From the NCBI RefSeq assembly GCF_057098645.1, contig NZ_CM169472.1: a DNA stretch of 64,000 nucleotides; one strand, written 5' to 3'. Below are positions 1-13,304 of the stretch, piece after piece (within the stretch, counting starts at the first letter, position 1; each line of letters starts with the position of its first letter). A program made the translations under genes and the position numbers. The notes under the pieces are model-generated. The model saw nothing but the letters and a program-made list of their open reading frames with translations. It searched no databases and was not told the DNA's origin.

Positions 1-63
1 AGAGATGACAGGCGGACTTAACGACTGGCGGCAACAACAGAGTAACGGTTGCGAGGAAAGATG

Positions 64-291
64 ATGAAAACCGCAAAAGAGTACAGCGATACCGCAAAAC
101 GTGAGGTCAGCGTCGATGTCGATGCCCTGCTGGCGGCGATCAATGAAATTAGCGAAAGCGAAGTTCATCGCAGCCAGAACGATTCTGAACACGTTAGCGT
201 CGATGGACGTGAATATCATACATGGCGTGAATTGGCGGATGCCTTCGAACTGGATATTCATGACTTCAGCGTCTCTGAAGTGAATCGTTGA
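64..291 (+). CDS. yodD: Small stress-induced protein YodD
   Basis: 75-aa product MKTAKEYSDTAKREV... matches recalled YodD; position upstream of yedP as in K-12. ORF-track start at 49 is probably an upstream in-frame Met. Confidence 0.75.
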   Translation: MKTAKEYSDTAKREVSVDVDALLAAINEISESEVHRSQNDSEHVSVDGREYHTWRELADAFELDIHDFSVSEVNR

Positions 292-570
292 ATGCACAAT
301 AAAAAAATCCCGACCCTGAGGGGGTCGGGATGAAACTTGCTTAAGCAAGAAGCACTTAAAAAATTCGTTACACCAGGAAATCTGATGTGTTCATCACCTT
401 ATCCGCAATTTTTTTCGCTGACAAGAAAATATTCGCTATATGAATGATTAACGCTACTTATGAATAGAAATGTGACGCACGTCACCCCTTGGTGGCTCTG
501 GCGTCAGCGGGATCGCTCCCGAAAAAATCATCTTTGATTATTTGTGCTGTTTTGAGAATCATCCTGGTAA

Positions 571-3095
<2,525 letters not shown>

Positions 3096-3265
3096 CCTGA
3101 CGACTCCCCACCTGCTTTTTTATGATTCTGGCATAACCTGGCGATAGCGTACCGCAAAACAGCGATAATTTTATAATGGTGGCATGATAAGACGCGACTA
3201 TCATTCATTGCAGGCATTGGCACATCAGGCCGGATGTGATCCGGCCTGGTCTTAATGATACCCTT

Positions 3266-3448
3266 TCAAACTTCTTCCGCAGGACGACTCCCCTCCCCCG
3301 GAACAAGCTCGGTTTCATGAAAAGCTTCCCGCTTGACCCCGTAACCGTCATACCAACGACACTCAACCATACCGCTGGAGTATCCAGTGACAATCATCCG
3401 CGGGCCACCCTCTTTAACCGTAACTTCCTCACTAACCATAAAGCTCAT
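3266..3448 (-). CDS. yodC: Small protein YodC
   Basis: 60-aa ORF MSFMVSEEVTVKEGGPRMIVTGY... in the expected position between yedQ and yedI. Confidence 0.65.
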   Translation of the reverse strand: MSFMVSEEVTVKEGGPRMIVTGYSSGMVECRWYDGYGVKREAFHETELVPGEGSRPAEEV

Positions 3449-3526
3449 ACTCGCCTCCTTTTTTCGAGTGAAATTTGTTCACCTTAGTTGAAGATGGCGA
3501 ATTTTGCATAATAGCCTGTGCGAGTT

Positions 3527-4444
3527 TTAATGTGCCTGACCGCGCATTTTCTCTACGGCTTTCACTCCCAGCACCACGATGCCGCCGATGATAAATCCAA
3601 GAATCAGATTTAAAACAGTCGGTAATATCATCGCCACCACTGCACTTTGCTGCCCGGCGAAATGTTCAATGGCGTGATGCAGCGGCGCAATACCATGTAC
3701 CACAATCCCGCCGCCGACGAGGAACATCGCCAGCGTGCCGACAATCGATAACGCTTTCATCAGCCAGGGCGCAATGATCAATAACCCTTTACCTAATGCC
3801 TGCATCAGCGTGCTGGATTTTTCCGCCAGCCAATACCCCAGGTCATCAATCTTAACGATAACCCCTACCAGACCGTAGACGCCCACGGTCACTACCAGCG
3901 CGATGCCTGACAGTACCAGCACCTGATTAATCAACGGCGCTTCGGCCACAATCCCCAGCGTGATGGCGACGATTTCGGCAGACAATATAAAATCGGTACG
4001 AATCGCTCCTTTTATTTTGTCCTTTTCAAACTTCAGCGGATCCTGCGCCGCCAGCTTCTCCAGACGCTGCTGGCTCTGCGCCGGATCTTCCTTATGTTTA
4101 CGCGCCTCCAGCATATGCAGCACTTTCTCTACCCCTTCAAAGCAGAGAAACGCGCCACCAATCATCAACAGAGGCGTAATCGCCCACGGGATAAACGCAC
4201 TGATGATCAGCGCCAGTGGCACCAGAATCACTTTATTAATCAGCGATCCTTTCGCCACGCCCCAGACCACGGGAAGTTCCCGGTTGGCCCGCACGCCTGA
4301 AACTTGTTGCGCATTGAGCGATAAGTCATCCCCTAATACACCGGCGGTTTTCTTCGCCGCCAGTTTGCCCATCACGGAGATATCGTCCAGCAGTGTGGCG
4401 ATATCATCGAGCAACGTCAGTAAACTACTCCCGGCCAAAAGCAT
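3527..4444 (-). CDS. yedI: DUF808 inner membrane protein
   Basis: 305-aa ORF with several hydrophobic segments; conserved position. Confidence 0.8.
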   Translation of the reverse strand: MLLAGSSLLTLLDDIATLLDDISVMGKLAAKKTAGVLGDDLSLNAQQVSGVRANRELPVVWGVAKGSLINKVILVPLALIISAFIPWAITPLLMIGGAFLCFEGVEKVLHMLEARKHKEDPAQSQQRLEKLAAQDPLKFEKDKIKGAIRTDFILSAEIVAITLGIVAEAPLINQVLVLSGIALVVTVGVYGLVGVIVKIDDLGYWLAEKSSTLMQALGKGLLIIAPWLMKALSIVGTLAMFLVGGGIVVHGIAPLHHAIEHFAGQQSAVVAMILPTVLNLILGFIIGGIVVLGVKAVEKMRGQAH

Positions 4445-4616
4445 TCCCTCTCATTTTTATTGTTGAAGGGTGTAAGTATGAAGCAAAAACGGCAGCTCTG
4501 ATACTTGCTTCACAGGTCAACATTTTTTTAACAATCAAGTGCAATTATATCTCTCGCCAGCAGAATGATTTTCACGTTTACTATGAACCACCTTTTTATT
4601 TCCACCGTGAGGGATT

Positions 4617-5537
4617 ATGCGTTTCCGCCAGTTATTACCGCTTTTTGGCGCGCTGTTTGCGTTGTATATCATTTGGGGCTCAACCTATTTTGTCATTCGG
4701 ATTGGCGTGGAAAGCTGGCCTCCATTAATGATGGCGGGCGTTCGATTCCTGGCAGCCGGTATTTTATTGCTGGCATTTTTGCTACTGCGCGGACACAAGC
4801 TCCCCCCGCTACGTCCGCTGCTCAATGCCGCGCTGATTGGCCTGTTATTGCTGGCTGTCGGTAATGGCATGGTGACGGTTGCCGAACATCAAAATGTTCC
4901 TTCCGGCATCGCCGCCGTAGTGGTTGCAACCGTGCCCCTCTTTACCCTGTGCTTCAGCCGCCTGTTTGGCATTAAAACGCGCAAACTGGAATGGGTGGGT
5001 ATCGCCATTGGGCTTGCCGGAATCATCATGCTCAATAGCGGTGGAAATTTAAGCGGCAATCCGTGGGGCGCGATTCTGATTTTAATCGGCTCGATTAGCT
5101 GGGCGTTTGGCTCAGTTTATGGCTCGCGCATTACCTTACCTGTAGGGATGATGGCGGGTGCGATTGAGATGCTGGCGGCAGGCGTGGTGTTAATGATCGC
5201 GTCGATGATTGCGGGTGAAAAACTGACGGCGCTCCCTTCCCTTTCAGGCTTCCTTGCGGTCGGCTATCTGGCGCTGTTTGGTTCGATTATCGCCATCAAC
5301 GCTTATATGTATTTAATCCGCAACGTCAGTCCGGCTCTCGCCACCAGCTACGCTTACGTTAACCCGGTGGTCGCGGTCTTGCTGGGTACGGGACTGGGCG
5401 GAGAGACGTTGTCGAAGATTGAATGGCTGGCGCTCGGCGTAATTGTCTTCGCGGTGGTACTGGTCACGTTGGGAAAATATCTCTTTCCGGCAAAACCCGT
5501 AGTTGCGCCAGTTATTCAGGACGCATCAAGCGAGTAA
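4617..5537 (+). CDS. yedA: EamA/DMT-family transporter
   Basis: 306-aa polytopic membrane protein (about 10 TM segments) in the expected position. Confidence 0.8.
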   Translation: MRFRQLLPLFGALFALYIIWGSTYFVIRIGVESWPPLMMAGVRFLAAGILLLAFLLLRGHKLPPLRPLLNAALIGLLLLAVGNGMVTVAEHQNVPSGIAAVVVATVPLFTLCFSRLFGIKTRKLEWVGIAIGLAGIIMLNSGGNLSGNPWGAILILIGSISWAFGSVYGSRITLPVGMMAGAIEMLAAGVVLMIASMIAGEKLTALPSLSGFLAVGYLALFGSIIAINAYMYLIRNVSPALATSYAYVNPVVAVLLGTGLGGETLSKIEWLALGVIVFAVVLVTLGKYLFPAKPVVAPVIQDASSE

Positions 5538-5996
5538 ATGAATCCCCTGCGTGTCGATCTGCGCGCTGGCACCTTCGCCGCAGATCCACTCTTCCAGACG
5601 CTCGCTAAGCGCTTCATCCGTCAGCTTCTCGCGCCCACGTAACGCGCACTCCCAGACAATCAATACGCGCCAGCCGAGTTCCTGCAAGCGACTGATATCG
5701 CGGCGATCGCGCTCAACATTTTTACCTATCTTCTCCAGCCAGAACTCGGTTCGAGTCGCAGGCACTTTAAACAGATAGCAGTGATGATGATGCCAGAAGC
5801 AGCCATGGGTAAATATCACGCAGCGATATTCATCAACGACAAAATCCGGGCGTCCGGGCAGACTGGCGTCCTGAACGCGAAACGCCAGGCCCTGCCCGGT
5901 TAACAGACTGGCGAGGCGCTTCTCAATCGCCGTATCACGCGTGGCAATCGCGCGCATATTTTTGCTGCGAGTGGCCTTATCGTGAACGTCGGCCAT
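5526..5996 (-). CDS. vsr: Very short patch repair endonuclease
   Basis: 156-aa product [25 protein letters not shown]...; start is internal to the 210-aa track ORF and overlaps the 3' end of dcm, the classic dcm-vsr overlap. Confidence 0.85.
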   Translation of the reverse strand: MADVHDKATRSKNMRAIATRDTAIEKRLASLLTGQGLAFRVQDASLPGRPDFVVDEYRCVIFTHGCFWHHHHCYLFKVPATRTEFWLEKIGKNVERDRRDISRLQELGWRVLIVWECALRGREKLTDEALSERLEEWICGEGASAQIDTQGIHLLA

Positions 5997-7395
5997 GTTG
6001 TGCCTCTTGCTGACGCAACGCCACCGCCTGTTTGATTTTTGGCTCAAGCAGTTTTGCCACCGCGGCAAAGACCGGCACGACCACCGAGTTACCGAACTGG
6101 CGATAGGCCTGAGTGTCCGAAACCGGAATGCGGAATTTCGCTTCTCCCGGCGCTTCAAAACCCATTAAGCGCGCGCATTCCCGAGGCGTTAACCGACGTG
6201 GACGATGTTGCTGATTCTGCGGATCGTCAAAGTCTTTCTCACCCGTGGCCATATCCCAGCCGCGATCGATTAAAATTTCCGCGCCATCTTTGTAATAACG
6301 CGCAGACAGCGTACGGGTGACGCTTTGCGGATTGTTCGGATAAACCATTCCATAACCGAAGCCGTTACCGCGCGCCTGATGTTTTTTCGCATATCGATAG
6401 AGGTACTTCCACAGCACCGGCGTCAGGATATATTTCGCCTCGACCATCGGGTCCAGCAGCTGCGCTAGCGTCACTCGCTGTCCAGGGAAACATTCGCTGA
6501 TATCACGCAGAGTAAAATCGGCTTTAAGATTCAGATCGCGACGAAAACCCACCAGCACGATGCGTTCACGGTGCTGCGGCAGAAAATGTTTACCATCGAT
6601 GATTTTCGGATCGTCCGGCCCGTTATCTTCTGCATCAGCCACGTCATAGCCCAGTTCGTCCAGCGTCTGCATGATGATGCGGAACGTTTTACCCTGGTCG
6701 TGGCTTTTCAGGTTTTTGACGTTTTCGAGCACAAACATCGCCGGACGACGCGCGTCGATAATGCGCACCACATCAAAGAACAGCGTGCCCTGAGTATCGC
6801 AGGCAAAACCGTGCGCCCGCCCGAGCGAGTTCTTTTTCGATACGCCAGCCAGCGAAAATGGCTGACAAGGGAAACCGGCCAGTAAAACATCGTGTTCAGG
6901 AATGTGTTGACGAATATGTTCCGCCGCCGCCTCATCACTCACGCCTTCTTTATGGCTGAGGGTGATGTCGCGGATATCTTCATTAAAATGATGCGTCGCC
7001 GGATCGCAATAATGGTTGGCTTTATAAGTGCGTACCGCATGTTTGTTCCATTCGCTGGTAAACACGCACTGTCCGCCAATCGATTCAAAACCGCGACGGA
7101 TGCCGCCAATTCCGGCGAATAGATCGATAAAGCGAAACGCATAATGCGGATGATGTGCCGGTGGTTTGGGTAACAACGTTTGCAGATGGGCGAACTCTTT
7201 CTCACTTAAACGGTGCCATGCCGAGTCATTCGCCAGCGCACGTTTTAAAATTGCCGCGCTCCAGTGATTCTCACCTACACCATTAAGCTGAGCCACCAGC
7301 GTTTTAACATCATAAATTTGCAGCAGTTTCTCCAGCATTGCCTGTGCGGCATTCCCGGTGCTGTATGAATCGGTTACTGATATATTTTCCTGCAT
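5977..7395 (-). CDS. dcm: DNA cytosine-5 methyltransferase
   Basis: 472-aa ORF with C5-MTase motifs ([17 protein letters not shown]). Confidence 0.9.
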   Translation of the reverse strand: MQENISVTDSYSTGNAAQAMLEKLLQIYDVKTLVAQLNGVGENHWSAAILKRALANDSAWHRLSEKEFAHLQTLLPKPPAHHPHYAFRFIDLFAGIGGIRRGFESIGGQCVFTSEWNKHAVRTYKANHYCDPATHHFNEDIRDITLSHKEGVSDEAAAEHIRQHIPEHDVLLAGFPCQPFSLAGVSKKNSLGRAHGFACDTQGTLFFDVVRIIDARRPAMFVLENVKNLKSHDQGKTFRIIMQTLDELGYDVADAEDNGPDDPKIIDGKHFLPQHRERIVLVGFRRDLNLKADFTLRDISECFPGQRVTLAQLLDPMVEAKYILTPVLWKYLYRYAKKHQARGNGFGYGMVYPNNPQSVTRTLSARYYKDGAEILIDRGWDMATGEKDFDDPQNQQHRPRRLTPRECARLMGFEAPGEAKFRIPVSDTQAYRQFGNSVVVPVFAAVAKLLEPKIKQAVALRQQEAQHGRRSR

Positions 7396-7461
7396 AGATT
7401 TAACCGGCCATCTGAGATGGTCGACAGGTTAACATAATTACTGCCGTTTAGGGCCACGCGC

Positions 7462-8157
7462 TCAGCCCGCAGGTGAAAACGCATCTATCACCTTGTGATC
7501 GACACCTTCATTCTCCCCCGCCAGTTCGGCACTGAGCTTCGCCATAAACTCGACTAAAAATTGCGCGTTGTGCTGCGCCAGCTGCTTGCCTCTTACGGTT
7601 TGCATGGTTTGCGGTAGCTTCAGCAACTTAGTCTGGAAATGATCCAGCGCGTAGCGTTTATCATCAAGCGGGCGATACTGTGCGAACGGATCTTCGCCAT
7701 CAAACAGCGCCACGCCCAATGCCCCTGAAACGGCAAACACGCGCGCCAGGCCAATCGCCCCCAGGGCTTCCAGCCGATCCGCATCCTGGACGATTTTAGC
7801 TTCCGTGGTTAAGGGGGCGATTTGCGCGCTGAAACTGTGAGCGGCAATGGCATGACAAACGGCCTCGATTTTCTCCGCCGGAAATTGCTCGAACTCTTCA
7901 CGGAGCAGGCGACGCGTCTCTTCTGCCGCCAGGATTGAAGAACGCTGCCGTTGCGGATGATTTTTCGCCAAGCTCACAATATCGTGAAAATAACAGGCGG
8001 TTAAAATCACCAGCATATCGACGTCATCATCTGCCGCCAGCTTCTGTGCCGTAGCCCAGACGCGGCGAAAATGACACACGTCATGGGCCGCGTCCTGGTG
8101 CTGATGATGGTTTTTCAACCAGTTTTCGAACTCTGCCTGCCAGTGTTGTAAGTCCAT
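7462..8157 (-). CDS. yedJ: HD-domain phosphohydrolase
   Basis: 231-aa ORF with HD-domain His/Asp residues (CHFRRV... HD); conserved position. Confidence 0.8.
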   Translation of the reverse strand: MDLQHWQAEFENWLKNHHQHQDAAHDVCHFRRVWATAQKLAADDDVDMLVILTACYFHDIVSLAKNHPQRQRSSILAAEETRRLLREEFEQFPAEKIEAVCHAIAAHSFSAQIAPLTTEAKIVQDADRLEALGAIGLARVFAVSGALGVALFDGEDPFAQYRPLDDKRYALDHFQTKLLKLPQTMQTVRGKQLAQHNAQFLVEFMAKLSAELAGENEGVDHKVIDAFSPAG

Positions 8158-8196
8158 ACGCGCTCCGTTGCCAAAGAGTCGCCACCTTAGCAGTTT

Positions 8197-8499
8197 TTAT
8201 TCATAGCGTCTGCTACGTGCGGGACGAGGTCGGGTGTACCAGGCAATGCTGCCTAACAATGCCCCGACCAGAGCCATAAATAAAAATCCGACCAGTGCCC
8301 CTAACCACTTTCCCGCGGTAGAGCCTAAATCGCTTTCAAATCCCGACACGGGGGCATCGGGGATCCGGCTCATCACCCAGATGTAACGCGCCATTGCCCA
8401 GACGAAATAGCCACACCATGTATAGAAAGCCCACAAAGCCAGTTTGCCACCAGGGCTGCGAGAGAGTCTCTCTTCCATCTTTGTCGAACCGTATTCCAT
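8197..8499 (-). CDS. yedR: Small inner membrane protein YedR
   Basis: About 100-aa product with two hydrophobic helices; start chosen at internal Met (MEYGSTKMEERL...) of the 127-aa track ORF. Confidence 0.65.
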   Translation of the reverse strand: MEYGSTKMEERLSRSPGGKLALWAFYTWCGYFVWAMARYIWVMSRIPDAPVSGFESDLGSTAGKWLGALVGFLFMALVGALLGSIAWYTRPRPARSRRYE

Positions 8500-8729
8500 T
8501 TTGAGATAACCCGGAAAATTCAGACTTAGTACTATTATGTGATAAAAATCACATTTTTCCACATTGAATGAGCCAGTCAAGACTCAATCATTTTTTGAAC
8601 AAATAGATAATTTTTGCGCAACGGCAGTGAATACAAGAAAAATCGTTTTGAGCGATTTTATTTATCTTTGATATCGGCTTTATTAATTCATTCAATCAAT
8701 ATATTAGCACTGATTACAATTATACCTTT

Positions 8730-8822
8730 TTATTATTCTGTGTCATGATGCCTCCGTTATTAGCCTTTTATCGTCTTGTTTATATTTTTTGGGCCGGCAT
8801 GATGCCGGCTTTTTTTTATGCC
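8730..8822 (+). ncRNA. Candidate small RNA with intrinsic terminator (position matches the RseX locus between yedR and yedS)
   Basis: GC hairpin gccggcATGATgccggc followed by T8 at 8793-8822 on the + strand, with no CDS upstream on that strand. 5' end not determinable by eye. Confidence 0.3.
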
Positions 8823-9127
8823 TTCATTAATGTGCGCGTGATCACACCAGCCGTTTAGCGCAACAATCATTGATGCCCCCTATCTTTCCGCTCAACTCAT
8901 AACATATTGATATACATTCATAATTTTCATGAATATTTATATTTAGAATTCATAATTCTGAATTATATTAAATGGATTGGAAACATTTTGAAATCTTTTA
9001 AATATATTTGTTACACGTAATCCTTAAAATAAAATGAACTTCATAGAATAGTATCCAAATGTGCTTTTTTTGGATAACGGCACTTATTGATATATTCATG
9101 AAGATTATAATCACAAGGGAATACATA

Positions 9128-10201
9128 ATGAAAAGAAAAGTTCTAGCAATGCTGGTCCCGGCGTTATTAGTTGCTGGCGCAGCAAATGCGGCTGAAATTT
9201 ATAATAAAGATGGCAATAAAGTTGATTTCTACGGCAAGATGGTTGGCGAACGCATCTGGTCAAATACTGATGATAATAACAGCGAAAACGAAGATACCTC
9301 CTATGCTCGTTTCGGTGTTAAAGGTGAAACCCAAATCACCAGCGAACTGACTGGTTTTGGTCAGTTTGAATACAACCTCGACGCCAGCAAGCCCGAAGGT
9401 GAAAACCAGGAAAAAACCCGTTTAACCTTCGCCGGTTTGAAATATAACGAGTTAGGATCATTTGACTATGGCCGTAACTACGGTGTTGCTTATGATGCCG
9501 CAGCTTATACCGATATGTTAGTTGAATGGGGTGGCGATTCCTGGGCTTCCGCTGACAACTTCATGAATGGTCGTACCAACGGTGTTGCAACCTACCGTAA
9601 CTATGATTTCTTTGGCCTGGTTGATGGTCTTGATTTTGCGATTCAGTACCAAGGCAAAAACAGCAACCGTAGCACTAAGAAACAAAATGGTGACGGCTAT
9701 GCGTTGTCTGTAGACTACAACATCGAAGGTTTTGGTTTTGTAGGTGCATATAGCAAATCTGATCGTACTAATGAACAAGCTAGTGACGGCTACGGTGATA
9801 ACGCTGAAGTGTGGTCATTAGCAGCCAAGTATGATGCAAATAATATCTATGCAGCAATGATGTACGGTGAAACCCGCAACATGACCGTTTTGGCTAATGA
9901 TCATTTTGCAAATAAAACCCAAAACTTTGAAGCTGTTGTACAGTATCAGTTCGACTTCGGTTTACGTCCGTCTTTAGGCTACGTATATTCCAAAGGCAAA
10001 GATCTTTATGCTCGTGATGGACATAAAGGTGTTGATGCTGACCGCGTAAATTATATCGAAGTTGGTACCTGGTACTACTTCAATAAGAACATGAACGTCT
10101 ACACAGCATACAAATTTAACCTGCTGGATAAAGACGATGCAGCGATTACCGATGCCGCAACTGATGACCAGTTTGCAGTTGGTATCGTCTACCAGTTCTA
10201 A
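9128..10201 (+). CDS. yedS: OmpC/OmpF-family general porin (yedS-like), apparently intact
   Basis: Signal peptide [21 protein letters not shown], porin-like beta-strand pattern, C-terminal ...VGIVYQF; an intrinsic terminator follows. Confidence 0.85.
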   Translation: MKRKVLAMLVPALLVAGAANAAEIYNKDGNKVDFYGKMVGERIWSNTDDNNSENEDTSYARFGVKGETQITSELTGFGQFEYNLDASKPEGENQEKTRLTFAGLKYNELGSFDYGRNYGVAYDAAAYTDMLVEWGGDSWASADNFMNGRTNGVATYRNYDFFGLVDGLDFAIQYQGKNSNRSTKKQNGDGYALSVDYNIEGFGFVGAYSKSDRTNEQASDGYGDNAEVWSLAAKYDANNIYAAMMYGETRNMTVLANDHFANKTQNFEAVVQYQFDFGLRPSLGYVYSKGKDLYARDGHKGVDADRVNYIEVGTWYYFNKNMNVYTAYKFNLLDKDDAAITDAATDDQFAVGIVYQF

Positions 10202-10240
10202 TCAGCCAACGCGCCGCGGCGTGTTACTGTAAAACTGAAC

Positions 10241-10282
10241 ACTAGCCTGAGTTCGTCCCTCATCGAACTCAGGCTTTTTTAT
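10241..10282 (+). terminator. Rho-independent terminator downstream of porin gene
   Basis: Inverted repeat agcctgagttcg...cgaactcaggc followed by TTTTTTATT. Confidence 0.55.
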
Positions 10283-10792
10283 TGGCATTTCATCTCCATC
10301 TGCGGCACACGCAATTGCCAAAGCTTATCGATACACCCCCTTACCCTGCCCCTCCTGGCACAATAACATCAACCAGCTACTCTTCAAGCTAACACCCAAA
10401 TGCATTTCTTTATGAATTAATCCGTAACAAACACGCTTCCCATATAGAAATTTTTGCAAAAATAGTGCATGAAATAAGCTTTTTCTCTACCAATCCGGGA
10501 TATAAATATTCATCAGCACCACAATATTCCACATCACTAAATCTCTCCCCGCCGCCCCGTACCTCTGATAATGGTCTAAAATCATTGAGGCCACTTGCGA
10601 CGACGTTGCTCAATAAGGAAAATTTGGCGTGAATAATATTCAACACCAGTGCAGCATCATCATTACATACTTACACCCGCCGACTACCGCTTTCGATATA
10701 TTGACTCAATTTTCCAGCCTGGTTAAAAATAGCGACCAGCTCAGTCGCAAATATAGTGACTACCCTAACTAAGCAACAATAAGGAATACACT

Positions 10793-11341
10793 ATGACTGT
10801 TCAAACAAGTAAAAATCCGCAGGTCGATATTGCTGAAGATAATGCATTCTTCCCTTCAGAATATTCGCTTAGCCAATATACCAGTCCTGTCTCTGATCTT
10901 GATGGCGTGGACTATCCAAAACCGTATCGCGGTAAACATAAAATTCTGGTGATCGCCGCGGACGAACGTTATTTGCCAACCGATAACGGAAAACTGTTCT
11001 CGACCGGTAACCATCCGATTGAAACGTTGCTGCCGTTGTATCATCTCCATGCTGCAGGTTTCGAATTCGAAGTGGCGACCATTTCCGGTCTGATGACCAA
11101 GTTTGAATACTGGGCTATGCCGCACAAAGATGAAAAAGTAATGCCATTCTTTGAGCAGCATAAATCGTTGTTCCGCAATCCGAAGAAACTCGCGGATGTT
11201 GTCGCCAGCCTCAACGCTGATAGCGAATATGCAGCAATCTTTGTTCCTGGTGGTCATGGCGCACTTATTGGTTTACCTGAAAGCCAGGACGTAGCTGCCG
11301 CTTTACAGTGGGCAATCAAAAATGGGTTTTTTGTTGCCTGA
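10793..11341 (+). pseudogene. hchA: hchA (Hsp31 glyoxalase) 5' fragment, interrupted by prophage integration
   Basis: First ~177 residues match HchA (MTVQTSKNPQVDIAEDNAFFPSEY... AAALQWAIKN), then the frame runs into phage DNA (GFFVA, stop). The missing C-terminus is found at 47701-48018. Confidence 0.85.
11316..11336. other. attL junction (host hchA / phage)
   Basis: hchA reading frame diverges after ...gcaatcaaaaatg; imperfect identity with the right junction (AAATGggTTTTtTGTT versus AAATGaccgTTTTGTT). Confidence 0.5.
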
Positions 11342-11390
11342 AATTTAAGCTGTTTAAAATCATGATGTTAGAAACACTATTTTTTAACGA

Positions 11391-11412
11391 TGGCGACAAA
11401 ATGGCGGCAGCG
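11391..11412. repeat. 22-bp direct repeat, putative integrase arm-type site (copy 1)
   Basis: TGGCGACAAAATGGCGGCAGCG, about 70 bp inside attL; near-identical copy at 47582-47603 inside attR. Confidence 0.4.
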
Positions 11413-11628
11413 TCAAAGAGAGAGCGCCACCTGTCCTGATTTCATTGGATGCGGCTGAACCGGATTTGACTCTTTTGGCGTTGCAATCGAACGAACAAAA
11501 GTTTCATGGGTAACAAAAGTATGGCTGCAGTTAATGTTCTGGCACTGGTTGTAACGCTCTTTGGTCAATGAAGATACCTGAAAACTGCTGCGAGTATGGG
11601 CGGCACTTCCACACAGTGGGCAAATCAT
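11413..11628 (-). CDS. ogr: Ogr-like zinc-finger late transcription activator
   Basis: MICPLCGSAAHTRSS...KERYNQCQNINCSHTF... resembles P2 Ogr (CPLC...C..C zinc finger); located between gene D and att as in P2. Confidence 0.8.
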   Translation of the reverse strand: MICPLCGSAAHTRSSFQVSSLTKERYNQCQNINCSHTFVTHETFVRSIATPKESNPVQPHPMKSGQVALSL

Positions 11629-11721
11629 CATTTTTCGAGTTCTCCCCATTTTTGCTAAATTCACAATAATGATACCGCATTATTCCATTTTGCAAACTTA
11701 AAAGTTCTCCATTGCGAAGAA

Positions 11722-12822
11722 TCATTCCATTTCGAAATCATCAATCCTCACTTCAAGCTCCAGACTGGTCGTAAAACCATTATCCGGGCTTACAGTATGC
11801 GTCAGAGTCGTAATGGTCCATTCCGCATCATCTATCGGCTGTTTAAAGCCACTGACTTTCACTGGCATTTCCGTGTAGAGATCTGCCCGCCCTTCCGCCA
11901 GTTGTAGCGAGAATGACGCAACGCCACGTTGCAGGCGTTCCCACTGCATTTTCGCTGCCCGTTCAGCGTTGCTCCGGTTGGCATAAGTGCGATTAAGTAC
12001 CAGCACGTTTTCATCCGTCCCCACCAGGTAATCGCCCTGCTTCGCTTCCGGCTCTTTCTTCTGCTTCTTAGTCCTGCGCTTACGCTTCACCGTAGTGCTT
12101 TCTTTCTTCGCGGGTTCGCGGGTATGCAACCAGCTGGCAATTACCCCCGTGTAGGCTCCGCGATCTGCCAGGGTAAAGCGGTGACTGTCGCCGTCCTTGC
12201 GTGTGATAGTGATCACCGGCAGTGGTTTACCAGTGGCGCTTTTGCCCTGTCCCTGCCGGATGAATAACAGATTGCCATTTTTCACCGACGCGATGGCACC
12301 GTACTGGCGCGCCAGCCGCATCAGAAAACTGCCGTCACTCTCATTAGTCTGGTCTATATGCTCTACGAGCTTATCCGACAGGTCTTTACCCAGTGCCATC
12401 TTCAGCTTGTGCCGCGAGGCTATTTCCTTCACCACTTCCCCGACGGTGGTCTTATGCCACGATTTTTCACGGCGGGTATTCAGCGTTTCCCGAAAATCAG
12501 CACTTCGCGCCCGGATAGTCAGGCGGTCCGGTGCGCCAGTGTGTTCAATCTCGTCCACCGTGAATGCCCCTTTCGGGAAAAGCGGCTGCCCCTTCCAACC
12601 CAGCGCCAGCGTAACGACCGCACCACGGCGCGGCAGCACGATTTTTCCGTCGGCGTCGTCCAGCTCCAGATCAAGCTGGTCTGCTTCAAAGCCCCGGTTA
12701 TCCGTCAGCGTCAGCCCCATCAGGCGGTTGTCCAGCACTGTGGTGATATCCCTGCCCTCAATACTGATGCTGAATGCGGGAGTTTTGTTGCCTTTGTTAA
12801 GCAGTTCAGAGCTGAAATTCAC
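11722..12822 (-). CDS. Tail protein gpD-like
   Basis: 366-aa ORF in the P2 gene D position, overlapping U stop; recalled similarity to P2 D. Confidence 0.75.
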   Translation of the reverse strand: MNFSSELLNKGNKTPAFSISIEGRDITTVLDNRLMGLTLTDNRGFEADQLDLELDDADGKIVLPRRGAVVTLALGWKGQPLFPKGAFTVDEIEHTGAPDRLTIRARSADFRETLNTRREKSWHKTTVGEVVKEIASRHKLKMALGKDLSDKLVEHIDQTNESDGSFLMRLARQYGAIASVKNGNLLFIRQGQGKSATGKPLPVITITRKDGDSHRFTLADRGAYTGVIASWLHTREPAKKESTTVKRKRRTKKQKKEPEAKQGDYLVGTDENVLVLNRTYANRSNAERAAKMQWERLQRGVASFSLQLAEGRADLYTEMPVKVSGFKQPIDDAEWTITTLTHTVSPDNGFTTSLELEVRIDDFEME

Positions 12823-13304
12823 GACAGCAGCCCTCCCACCGTTTTACTGATATCGCTTAAGACAGATGTTGCCGTGTCCTGAAGATTATTCAGTTGCGCA
12901 CTGAGATCACCGAACATATCGGACAGGGATTCATCCACGCGTTTGAGCGACAGGGTGAACTCAATCCGGCGCGGCATACCGTCGCGGAAAAACTCCGTTT
13001 TAGTCTGATTCAGTCCCTCAATCACATACATGCCGTAAATCGTGCCGCTGCCTTCAATCAGGGGCCATGCTTTCCCCTGTTCTGCCATCTGCTCCAGTGC
13101 CAGCAACGACAGCCTGCCGCCTGTTATCTCCGGCATAAGAACACCGGAAAGCGTCAGCATGTCGTTGTCCGGTCCCAGAAACTGCGTGGACGGACGACGA
13201 TTTACCCGGCTGTTTGCCGCATGTCGCCAGCTGCGTTGATACTGCAGTTCCTGATACGGAACGGTGCGCAGCATAAACACGTACAATCCCAGCACCATCA
13301 TCAT
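12819..13304 (-). CDS. Tail protein gpU-like
   Basis: 161-aa ORF between tape measure and D, with 4-bp overlaps typical of the P2 tail operon. Confidence 0.7.
   Translation of the reverse strand: MMMVLGLYVFMLRTVPYQELQYQRSWRHAANSRVNRRPSTQFLGPDNDMLTLSGVLMPEITGGRLSLLALEQMAEQGKAWPLIEGSGTIYGMYVIEGLNQTKTEFFRDGMPRRIEFTLSLKRVDESLSDMFGDLSAQLNNLQDTATSVLSDISKTVGGLLS

Noticed and set aside
301-325. Perfect hairpin cccgaccctgagggggtcggg after yodD
   Set aside because: No T-run follows on the + strand (the A-run precedes it), so it is not a clear intrinsic terminator for yodD; could be a minus-strand terminator or REP-like element. Too ambiguous to annotate.
11531-11725. 64-aa minus-strand ORF
   Set aside because: Overlaps the ogr gene in another frame; ogr has the conserved zinc-finger sequence, so this is a spurious overlapping frame.
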